Positions 20,535 to 30,800 of a stretch of 64,000 bases of DNA are shown here, piece by piece. The stretch spans positions 307-64,306 of the forward strand of contig CALVUG010000003.1 of the NCBI GenBank assembly GCA_944363535.1, read 5' to 3'. Every line of letters starts with the position of its first letter. Positions within the stretch are counted from its first letter, which is position 1. The position numbers and the translations under genes were made by a program. The notes beneath the pieces were generated by a model, which was given only the letters and a program-made list of their open reading frames with translations, was not told the DNA's origin and ran no database searches. The DNA comes from an uncultured Bacilli bacterium (GTDB lineage Bacteria > Bacillota_I > Bacilli_A > RFN20 > CAG-826).

Positions 20535-22955
20535 ATGAAGAACAAACGTTTACTTTTTATTCCCTTGACGACTGCTTTAATAGTGAGTAGCTTTTCCCTA
20601 TTTTTTATCTCTAGCCCAGCTAAGACAACTTCGGTTGCGCAAGTGATTAATGCATCTAATTTAGGTGAAGAACAAATAAGAACATATTATGAAGGTATCG
20701 ATAATCTAAGCGGAGACATTTTACTTACTTCACTTAGCGATATAATTGATGGTCGCACATCTATTTCATACGAAAGTACGTTCGATTGGATGGCTATCAC
20801 TGATAGAGATTGGGTCCAATCTCCACTTAGCGAAGAAGAATTAGCGAATTATGATTTCTCTAACTTATCAAATGATAATCCTATCATGCATCTTATGTAT
20901 CGAAATGATAATTATCTTCCTAGCGCTTCAAGGTATTACGCTAACGTAAGTGAAGATGAAAAAAGTTTCGATAGAGAACACGTCTGGGCTCAAACAAGAG
21001 GCGGCTTCAAAACAAGCATTGGTATGGGCACAGATATGCATCATCTTTTCGCTAGCGATAAAATAAATAACCAAAACGGACATGGTAATAGTGATTTTGG
21101 TAATGTAGATGAGGTAAGTAGCCAAATCGGAAATACCGATTATAACAATACAGGTAAAACCGGAACACAAAACGGTTCAAGCGTCACGGTCTATGAACCG
21201 CACGATGATGTTAAAGGTGATATTGCACGTGCCTTGTTTTATATGGCTGTAAGATATGATGAGACATTATCTTTAAGAAGTGAAATTCAAAATAGCAGCG
21301 TCGTAGGCACCATTGGTAACTTAGACGTTTTATTAGAATGGAATAAAACTGATCCAGTCGACGTTTTTGAAATTCATCGCAACAACTTGATTTACAATAA
21401 CATTCAGCACAATAGAAATCCTTTCATCGACTTCCCTAGTTGGGCGGACGCTATATGGGGAAATGAGACCGCTAACGTAAGTGAAGATACGCCTTCTCTT
21501 ATCGATAACGTCATCGATTTAAGACCTTCGAGGAATGGCAGATTAGTGATCGAACACCTACCAAATAAAATAGCTTATACCCGTGGCGAAGCCTTAGATG
21601 TAACCGGCTTAGTCGTTAGTTACGAGCATGATGGAACGCGTGAAACTATCACTGATTACGTCTTAAGTATCGAAGATGAATCTATTCTATCTAACCCCGG
21701 AAATTATCGTGTCTTCGTCTCTTCTAAACTAGAAGGCATCATCTATACGTATTTTGATATTAACGTTACAAATACCCAAGAAGAGACACCTACACAAACA
21801 GTCATCTACTCAACTGGCTTTGAAGTAAGCGAAGGATTTAGCATTGGAACAAATTATCAAAGTAGCGTCACAAGCGGCCCAGAAGATCAACAATGGAATA
21901 TTGATGGGAATTTTTCTTCATCAAGTGGTAATATCGACGGCGTTTCCGCTAGACTTAGATATTATAAAAATTCAACTAAGTTAAACGAATTAAAAATGGA
22001 ATTCGACGTATCAAAAGTTTCCTCAATTAAATTTGATACGAAGATGCATACTAATCTAACTTTAGATGCTTTCTATAGCTTAGATAGCGGAAAAACTTAT
22101 CAATATTTGAAGCAAGCTGATGGAAGCGATTTTAAAAATGTGAAGACGACAAGCGTTCGAACTTACGAACTAGATGTAGCGAATGGAAGTACTAGTGAAA
22201 CAGTTCGCTTTAAATTCGCTTTAGGCGATGCTTCACAAAAACCAAGCGGTGGTAATACTGAACTAGTAATTGATAATATTAGCATCTATGGAGAAAACTA
22301 CGCTAGTCCATTTGATGATTTCCTCGTCGTTAAAGATTTACCTCGCACTTTAACTTACGAAGTAGGCGATACTTTTACGAGTGAAAACTTACTTGTTAAT
22401 CGCCTTAGTTATAGCGCTCCTACATCTAATTTCTACGATTATACTTTATCGATCGAAGATGGAGTGATTTTAAATACTCCAGGACAAATTAGAGTCGATG
22501 TTAATCCTCTTGATTCTTCTATTAAGTCCACTCATTTTTATATCACAGTCATCGGTGTACTTAGCCCAGCTCAAGCTTTTGCTAATAAACTTGCGAATTA
22601 TAAAACGTGCGTTGATTACATTGAAGCATATGAAACATTAATCGATGAATATAATGCTTTAAGTGACGCTGATAAAGAAGCACTTAAAGACATCATCATC
22701 TACGATTACGATTATCAAGAATATCTAAATAACGGCAAAAGTTATGAAGGCTTAAACCCCACTAGTCAAATTGATGCCCACACAAAATGGATGCAAATTA
22801 TTGCGATGTATGACCGCGCTAATAGCGCCACTTGGGTTTCAAGTCTATTTACTAATCCACAAACGTATCTAACTTTACTTTATATCGCTTTAGCGATAGG
22901 AGCGATAACGATCACCGTTTACTTTATAAGTAAAAAGCGTAAACAAATTCGTTAA
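20535..22955 (+). CDS. Surface-anchored multidomain nuclease (endonuclease I family)
   Basis: 806 aa with an N-terminal signal/TM segment. Endonuclease-I motifs DREHVWAQ, DMHHLF, GDIARALFYM and HNRNPFIDFP. Two Big_3-like Ig repeats (LPNKIAYTRGEALDVTGLVV..., LPRTLTYEVGDTF...) flank a beta-rich module. C-terminal TM helix plus KKRKQIR tail. Confidence 0.8.
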   Translation: MKNKRLLFIPLTTALIVSSFSLFFISSPAKTTSVAQVINASNLGEEQIRTYYEGIDNLSGDILLTSLSDIIDGRTSISYESTFDWMAITDRDWVQSPLSEEELANYDFSNLSNDNPIMHLMYRNDNYLPSASRYYANVSEDEKSFDREHVWAQTRGGFKTSIGMGTDMHHLFASDKINNQNGHGNSDFGNVDEVSSQIGNTDYNNTGKTGTQNGSSVTVYEPHDDVKGDIARALFYMAVRYDETLSLRSEIQNSSVVGTIGNLDVLLEWNKTDPVDVFEIHRNNLIYNNIQHNRNPFIDFPSWADAIWGNETANVSEDTPSLIDNVIDLRPSRNGRLVIEHLPNKIAYTRGEALDVTGLVVSYEHDGTRETITDYVLSIEDESILSNPGNYRVFVSSKLEGIIYTYFDINVTNTQEETPTQTVIYSTGFEVSEGFSIGTNYQSSVTSGPEDQQWNIDGNFSSSSGNIDGVSARLRYYKNSTKLNELKMEFDVSKVSSIKFDTKMHTNLTLDAFYSLDSGKTYQYLKQADGSDFKNVKTTSVRTYELDVANGSTSETVRFKFALGDASQKPSGGNTELVIDNISIYGENYASPFDDFLVVKDLPRTLTYEVGDTFTSENLLVNRLSYSAPTSNFYDYTLSIEDGVILNTPGQIRVDVNPLDSSIKSTHFYITVIGVLSPAQAFANKLANYKTCVDYIEAYETLIDEYNALSDADKEALKDIIIYDYDYQEYLNNGKSYEGLNPTSQIDAHTKWMQIIAMYDRANSATWVSSLFTNPQTYLTLLYIALAIGAITITVYFISKKRKQIR

Positions 22956-24233
22956 TTAACGATTGCGATGATAAAGAGCAATTTCGAGATCATTTAGTTC
23001 TTTTTTGATGTCGCTACTAAGATTAATCGCACCGTTTTTAGTCACTAAGACATCATCTTCGATACGGATACCAATACCAAGTTCTTCGATGTATAGACCA
23101 GGTTCAACGGTAATGACATTTCCCGGCTCTAATGGAAGTTCTCTATCCGATTCATCATGCGTATCTAAGCCGAGATGATGGGAGACGTTATGATAATAAT
23201 ATTTAAAGACGTCTTTATCTTCTTTAATTAAATTAATTTCTTTCAATTCTTTTGCGTAAAAATTAACAGTTTCAGTTTGTAAATCACGAATCGTAAGACC
23301 AGGCTTAATATATTCGATAATATGTTTATTGCATCTTAAAACGATGTCATAAATTTCTTTTTGTGTCGCACTAAATTTACCATTTATCGGATAAGTTCTA
23401 GAAATATCTGCGTGATAGCCATCTAGTTCCGCTCCTAGATCAAATAGCATCAAATCACCATCACGAAGCTTATCGTTCGGCGTCGGATAATGAAGCGTCG
23501 TCGCATTTTTTCCTGAGGCCGCGATCGTAGCGAAAGACAAATTCGCGTTCGCATAATCTTTGATGACGTATTGAAATAAAGAAGCGAGCTGATATTCAAA
23601 AAGACCTGGTTCAATCATATTAATTAACGCATTAATGCCCACATTCGTAATACGAATGGCTTCTTTAATTGCTTTAACTTCATCATCTGACTTAACCATT
23701 CTTAGACGGATGATCATCTTCGATAAATCGATAATTTCTAATTCTTTATCTTTAGCGAAATTATTTAAAATTTCTTCCTTGAAGTTTTCTTGATAATAAT
23801 TATCTTTAATTTTTACTTCTGGGGTCGTATCTAAATAGACATGTTCAATTAAACCATATTGAGTTTCTTCCCCTAAGATGAGCGATAATTTTTCGAAGAA
23901 ATGATCAAAATATAAGATGTTATCGATGCCGCTAATTTTACGGGCTTCATCATCGCTAAGCCTTTTTCCGACCCATTTAGCTTTCACTTCGTTTGGTTCT
24001 TTTATAAATAAGATAACTTTTTCATCCGTGCTCGTTTTTATTAGCATCAAGCAAGATTCTTCTTGGCTAATATTAGTGAGATAATAAAAATTACGATTCG
24101 GCGTAAAAGGATAACTTGCGTCAGTCCCACATTCAAGTTTAGCCATGCCTGAAAACACTAAGGCGATGGAATCGAGTTTCATCTCCGCTAAGATTTTATT
24201 TCTTCTTGCGATTAGTTCTTGTACTTTAATCAT
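22956..24233 (-). CDS. Xaa-Pro aminopeptidase/dipeptidase (M24B)
   Basis: 425 aa. Metal-binding and family motifs DLGAELDGYHADISRT, HHLGLDTHD, VEPGLY and GIRIEDD. SD GGAGG. Confidence 0.85.
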   Translation of the reverse strand: MIKVQELIARRNKILAEMKLDSIALVFSGMAKLECGTDASYPFTPNRNFYYLTNISQEESCLMLIKTSTDEKVILFIKEPNEVKAKWVGKRLSDDEARKISGIDNILYFDHFFEKLSLILGEETQYGLIEHVYLDTTPEVKIKDNYYQENFKEEILNNFAKDKELEIIDLSKMIIRLRMVKSDDEVKAIKEAIRITNVGINALINMIEPGLFEYQLASLFQYVIKDYANANLSFATIAASGKNATTLHYPTPNDKLRDGDLMLFDLGAELDGYHADISRTYPINGKFSATQKEIYDIVLRCNKHIIEYIKPGLTIRDLQTETVNFYAKELKEINLIKEDKDVFKYYYHNVSHHLGLDTHDESDRELPLEPGNVITVEPGLYIEELGIGIRIEDDVLVTKNGAINLSSDIKKELNDLEIALYHRNR

Positions 24234-24280
24234 ATGATTATGCCTCCAAATTACTCTCTTATTATATGCTCATTTTTCTT

Positions 24281-24871
24281 TTATACGACGAGATATTGTT
24301 CTTTTTTTAATTTAATTTCATGAAAAGTTAAATCTAATTTACTTACATCTTTTAAACTAAGAAATGAAATTTTAGCATATTCTTCTAGATGATGTTCTTC
24401 TTTAATTTCAACGTCCTTTTTAGCTTTTAATTTCGCTAAATTTTCATAACTTAACGTCGCTTCGTAGAGATAAGCTTTTTCTTGCTTACCAAACTTAGCC
24501 TCATCGATAAGTAACTTCACCGTATTTAAATACGTTCTTAAAAGTCTAGAAGCACCAAGTAAGGTCCCACCAAAATAACGTACGACGATGATGAGATAAC
24601 AATTTAGATGTAACTTCTCACACATCTCTAAAACTGGCTTAGAAAAAGTATTATGCGGCTCTCCGTCCCCACTTGCGTAACTTACATCAAATATCTTATA
24701 AGCGTAACAATAATGCCGTGCTTTTGGATATTTAATTTTTATTTCTTCTAATATCTTAGTGACATCATCTTTCGTTTCAATCGGCCACAAAACACCAATG
24801 AAACGCGATTTGAGCACTTCTAAAGTCACTTCAAAGGAGTCTTTGGGGACGATGTAATTTAAATAGCTCAT
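24281..24871 (-). CDS. yigZ: IMPACT/YigZ family protein (UPF0029)
   Basis: 196 aa. Motifs SRFIG, ARHYCYAYKI and SGDGEPHNT fit the YigZ N-terminal domain. The start overlaps the stop of the 2103-aa gene (ATGA-type, 4 nt). Confidence 0.8.
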   Translation of the reverse strand: MSYLNYIVPKDSFEVTLEVLKSRFIGVLWPIETKDDVTKILEEIKIKYPKARHYCYAYKIFDVSYASGDGEPHNTFSKPVLEMCEKLHLNCYLIIVVRYFGGTLLGASRLLRTYLNTVKLLIDEAKFGKQEKAYLYEATLSYENLAKLKAKKDVEIKEEHHLEEYAKISFLSLKDVSKLDLTFHEIKLKKEQYLVV

Positions 24872-27800
24872 AAAGTGCGCAAAGTAGAGGCTAAATTAAC
24901 GTAGAAGTTCTCTACACCAAATGGATTAATATAATCAGTGAAAACATCTAAATCAGGATAAGTATTATTTAACGGAGTGATAAAATAAGCCAGATAAAAA
25001 TAATCTGAATAAACGCTATGACCCATATCTTCTAATGCAGCGATAAATGCTTCTCGATTTGTGATCATGTCATTTACATCAATATAATCAAACATATCAA
25101 ATAGCGAACGAATCTCTTGACACGTTTCAGGTGTCACAAGTAAAAGATAATCATCGAACGTTAAATCTTTATAATCTTCGTAAGAACTAGATTCGTAATT
25201 GGTTACTTTTCTAATATCTGTATCGATGATGTCTTCAAAATAAGAGAAGAAATGTCGTATACTAAGATCTAAAGAAACGTAAGCTCTATTGCCGTTACTG
25301 TCGAATGTCGCATTAAAGATGTTTTCTAAATTTAAACTATCAAATCCTAAGATATTTCCAGATAATTGAATAGCAGCTAATTCACCTAATTCCGAATAAG
25401 TATTTAAGAAGAATTTATTGATACCTTCGCCTTCGCTTCTTCCGCTGAAATTAGGCATCAAGGAATAAGAATAGAACTTACCAGCAAGAGAAGAGACATC
25501 GCTATCAAATAAAATAGAAGTTAATCCACTTTCATCGAACATACGAGCGAAGCCAAGAGACGCTGCATCGTAAATTAAATTCGTATCTTCATAAATATTA
25601 TCTAGGAGATAAGAATTGTAGAACGTCTCTAAAATAGTATCAAAATGACTAGATGTTTCAATTAATTCATCTACGGTAGAAATGCGTAAATCAGAGTATT
25701 TACTCGTATCTTCTACGTCCACTAAGACGTCGAATAAATTCTTTAAATTTTCTAATTCGTAATCGCGATATAAAGCTTGTGAGATACGGAAGTTAGCCAT
25801 ATTTTCTTGACTTAGAGGATTAACAAATAAATCTAATAAAGTATGGTTATTATTAGAGTTAACAGTAATTTCTTCTAATTGATTTTCAATCAATTGTGGG
25901 ATGACATTATTTAAAGTATCCACTTCATTTAAACTTCTTAAAATAGCGAACACTTTATCGTTAGGATTTTCTCCAAGTTCAGGTAATAAATTATCTAAGT
26001 TATTTAAACTATCAAAACTGATATTCGTAGAACCTAAATTTTCACCTACGACATCTAAGAAGGCTTTTAAATCATCTAATTCATATAACCAATTACCTTC
26101 ATTTAAACCAGTTTGACTAGTTTCAAAATTTCTTAAGCGATACGCGACATATTCGCTGGCGTTACTTGCGACATCGCTATCGTATCTTGCGTCATAATTA
26201 AGATGATCTAAACCGAGATTAGAATAGACATTAATCATCGTTTGGATGAAGACTGTATCGCTTCCTGAAGAGACACTTCCCGCTTGATGGAAGATAGAAC
26301 TTTCATAGATGGCTTTTAAGCCATTGATGATGTGATTATTATTCTTTATAGAATAAGTCGATAACTTCGTCAAATCTAAATCGGTGATAACCTTTAGTTC
26401 ATCTAACATCGTCTTCATGAATTCGAATTCACTTTCAGGATATTTGACATTGTAATTACTCGCTTCTTCGTAATGATAGAAGACGTTCGCGCTACTAAGG
26501 TCGATACTAAAACCATTTTCTACGTTATTGAATGGATTAACTGAGACGAATTGATGAATTAAATTAGGTGCACCATCATAGATGACATTAGAGTTATTTA
26601 ACGCTACGACTAAATCGTAAACTAACGCTGTATCGACACTTAAATAATCGATACTGTCGATCGACATCGATTCACCATCCGCAATATTGAGCGATTGTAA
26701 GATGCCTAAAACATCGAATATTTGAACGAGTTCTTTTTCTTGATAACTATAATCTACGACATCGCTCGCACCAAACTTAAAATGTTCATTTATAAGATAA
26801 TCAGCCTTGGCGATACCATCTACGTAAACACTAGAGTTATTCATATCTTTTGGTGAAGTTTCATCATAGATGATAATTTGCATATCTTCGAGTTCAAGAA
26901 TACTTGTCGTGAGAGCTTGGAAGAATGAATCTTCTTCACCACTCGTAGGATTTGGACCACTACGATGGAAGATGTGCGAAGCATTAAGATTTAACATCGT
27001 TTCTTCAAATAAATCTAAATCTAAACTGCTAAGGCTCGTATATTGACCTTCATTAATGTAATAAAGATTTTCGATGATAGCAACTAAGTTTTCAATTTCC
27101 CCTTCTAGATAGGGATTATCGCCATTATAATAAACATTCACACTATCAAAGGATACATCGTTTAAGAACGTTAAGCCGGTCGTTACAAGAGTAGCGTTAT
27201 TCATCGCATTTTCAATTTCAGCAGGCAAGATTCTAAAAAACAATTTGGAATCATTTAATGAATTTAAGAAATTAGTGAGAGGTAAAGAATCGATATTACC
27301 ATTTTGATCCAAAGTTGCCCAAAGTCTGTTTAAAGTATCGATAGAAATTTCTCCATTTTCATCGGCGATTGGTGCCGCATTAGAAATGACGTTCATCGTC
27401 AATCTTATCTCGCCTTGTTCCCCTAACCATCCATCGTGAATAACATTCGTGTCCGCATGTTTATTTCCAATACTTATGATATGTTGTTCAATAGTTTGAT
27501 TTGGACCCGCCATCTCGTCAGAGTAACCAATCTTCGTGATAAAATAAGAAATGATCGATTCAAAAGCCGTAAGATTTTCTTCTAACCTTACTTCGCTATC
27601 TTTAAATGTATTGAAGACTTCCGATTCATAAATTTCATTTAATAATTGTTCAAATGTTTCTTTATTTTCATCGATGTCAAAGATATTAAAATCTGGAACG
27701 CTTCCATCTAAGGAAATGCCCACTTCTTTAAAATCAGTTAAGACGTCGACGATTAAATCTAATTCTTGTTTACGACCTTGTTTATCTAAACTTAACAAAG

Positions 27801-30800
27801 CTTCACTATTCGCATTACTTAAATCGAAATCATCGACGGAAACGTGGTCGATAAGTTCATCAATCGCGTTATAAATTGGCACTCTTAAAATATCGACTTC
27901 ATTAAATGAATGAACAGCGTTTCGAAGTAAAGTTTCATCCATTTCATCGCTAAATAAATTGTCAAAAACATTGCCGCTTGGATTAGGTAAAGAATCGATA
28001 GCGAGGTTGATGTCCACTAACATCTTATAGATGCCATAATTTAAATCGTAACCCGTCTCTTGTTCACGACTTGTTAAATCTTTCCAAGCTTCTTTATAAT
28101 TCGCATCCGCGAAATCTTTTTCTATTTCGCTGTAACTAAGCCCATCTGGATCAGCAAAATAATCTCTATTCGTGCCGAGCGAATCCATCGATTGATGTAA
28201 TTTATCATAGATAAAATTAGAAAAAAGGAATTCTTGACTATTTTTATCTACGAACACACTTGAATCCACTAAGTTATCAAGTAATTCTAATACTAGGTCA
28301 GGTTCAACTTTAAAAATATCAATTTCGTTAATATTTTGTTCGAATTTACCAATTGTCGTACAAATTTTACCAAAGACTTTACCTTCTTCCGTCCAGTTGA
28401 CGATGTTAGAAAAAGAAATACCGCTACTAGGATCGATGATACCAGAATTAACAAGATAATAATCGAACGTATCAGCGATGCTAGATTTCGTCACTTCCGA
28501 TAAATCTATCGCAGCAAATATATCGGAGATACGATAAACTGTTTCAAGTTGACCGATCGTTTCATTGCTTAATGTTTCACCTTGTAAGGCATCATAGATG
28601 CCAGTTCCGCCGAAGATGCTAAAGAAGTTTACGATGTAGCCAATTTCACCATCGTAAACAATCTTACCATTACGGTCTAAGATGTAATCACCATTTAAGT
28701 GTTTACTATTTTCCCACTTCGTCACATCGAATCTAGAAGAATCGAAGTCGAACTGAGGAACACTATTTTCGTAGACTAATTCTAAAAGATTGTAGAAATT
28801 ATCCGTCCTCATATTACCGAAAGCATCTTTTGGATTAAGAATATTAGAGACGTAGAATGTTTCAAGTAAAGAGACGAGTTCTTCTTCATTTTCTGGAATG
28901 GAACGTAAGGCCATAGAAATGCTTACATCATCTTTTTCTATGAAGTTATTGGAGACGTAAACGACACCTTCGATACTAGAGAAGATAAGGGCTAATTCTT
29001 CACCGATATGTTCCACTTCCCAATCAAAATTTGCTGGGCTTAGACCAATTTGGCCTAAGGCATTAGTGACATCCGGCGAATCCATGAAGCCTTTGATGAT
29101 ATCAGGTACGATCGAACTTAAAATTTTAGAATGATCAATGGTCGGTAAAATATTCTCCATCCCATCGATAAAATTGCTATCGACGTCGACGATCATCCCT
29201 TCTTCATCGATGGTGATGACATCGCTATTAGTGGGATCCATGATGTAATCGACGATGGAATCATATTCGTTCATGAGTGATAAAGTATTTAATAACGCTC
29301 CAAATTCTTTTTTGAAGTTATAGAACGCTCTTTCATCGTTCATATCGAGGATGATAGATTCTAATTCAGTTGTATCGATACTAATAGTATCGTTTGAAGA
29401 TAAAGAGGTGACGAGTAAATCCACGAGGTCATCGATAGCGTACCTAATTAAATCTGAATCAAATAGGGCATAATCAGCGTTTTCTAACCTATTACCGTCT
29501 TTATCCGTCATTATGGTACGTCCCGCTTCATCGACCCCAATCGGATTACCGTCTTTATCTAACACTCCGACGAAGATGTAACTTAACGCTTTAGCGTTAA
29601 CGAACACTAAGTCGATAATTTGTTGGCCGGTCTCATCGATAGCGACGTCGTTTCTTACGTCGTCCACTAATTCATTAACGCTCACATCTTCTTGATTTTC
29701 ACTCGGTAAGAAGATATCGAGTAAATTTGGTTCAACTTGATTTAATTCGTAAAGCGAATCGTAGATGATAGCTAAGTTTCTTCCCCAATCGATATTTTTA
29801 TAATCTTCTAATTCGCTCGGTAAGTAAGTAGCGATATCTTCTCCTACCGTTCCACTCGACGTGACGCTATATAAGACGATAGGGATGAGACGAGATAATA
29901 ATTCACTATTCGAAATGGATTCAAAAATGCGCATGAAGTAAGGATAATTTTCTTCCGTGAGCATCGATTGATATAAAGTGTCGATATCAATTTCGCTCAC
30001 ATCTTTCCAACCAATCGCATTCCCTTCTCCATCATAATTGACGAAGTTACGTATTAAACCAGAACTAAAGACGTCGGAGACGATAATTTGTAGAGTATCA
30101 ATTTCTTCTTGCACATCGAAATTGAAATCTTCGATTAAAGAAGCGTCGATGTAATTTTCCATCGCATCTTGATTTAAACCAATCGCTAAAGCGATAGGAA
30201 GAGCGTAGACGATCAAATCTGAACCAGATAAAGTTTCTAATAATTGGATGAAGAAATCCGCATTATTAATCAAAGCTGGATCAAAAGAAAAACCATCTTC
30301 CGTCACTAAGCCATTGGAGATGATCGAACCTCCACCATGCCCAATTTGAGCGATGATATCATAAATGCTATCACCCGTCCCAGTATCAGTGAAAAAATCC
30401 ATGAGCCAAGTATCAAAAGTCCAAACGCCATCTTTTGAAGTCCAATTGAAAAAGACGTTAGAAAAAATAGAATTATTATAGGTAGAAACAAAGGAATTTA
30501 AATATTGCGCGACTTCTGAATCGCTTTCGCCCATGTTCGTTTGATCGTAAGCCCTTGAGAAAGTACCGATGATGCTAACGGTTGGAAGTGCACACATCAA
30601 AGTGATGACGACGTATCTAGCACTATGAATTAAACCACCCAGCCATTTCTTTCTTTTCGTCTTAATGACTCTTCTTGGGAAGAAACGTTTTAACACTAAG
30701 TTCCACAAGACGATAGTGAGGAAACCACCGACAGAAATGATGAGGATGGAAGAAATGATAATTGAAAGTAAGGCTAATAACGAAGTGGCGATACTTAAAG

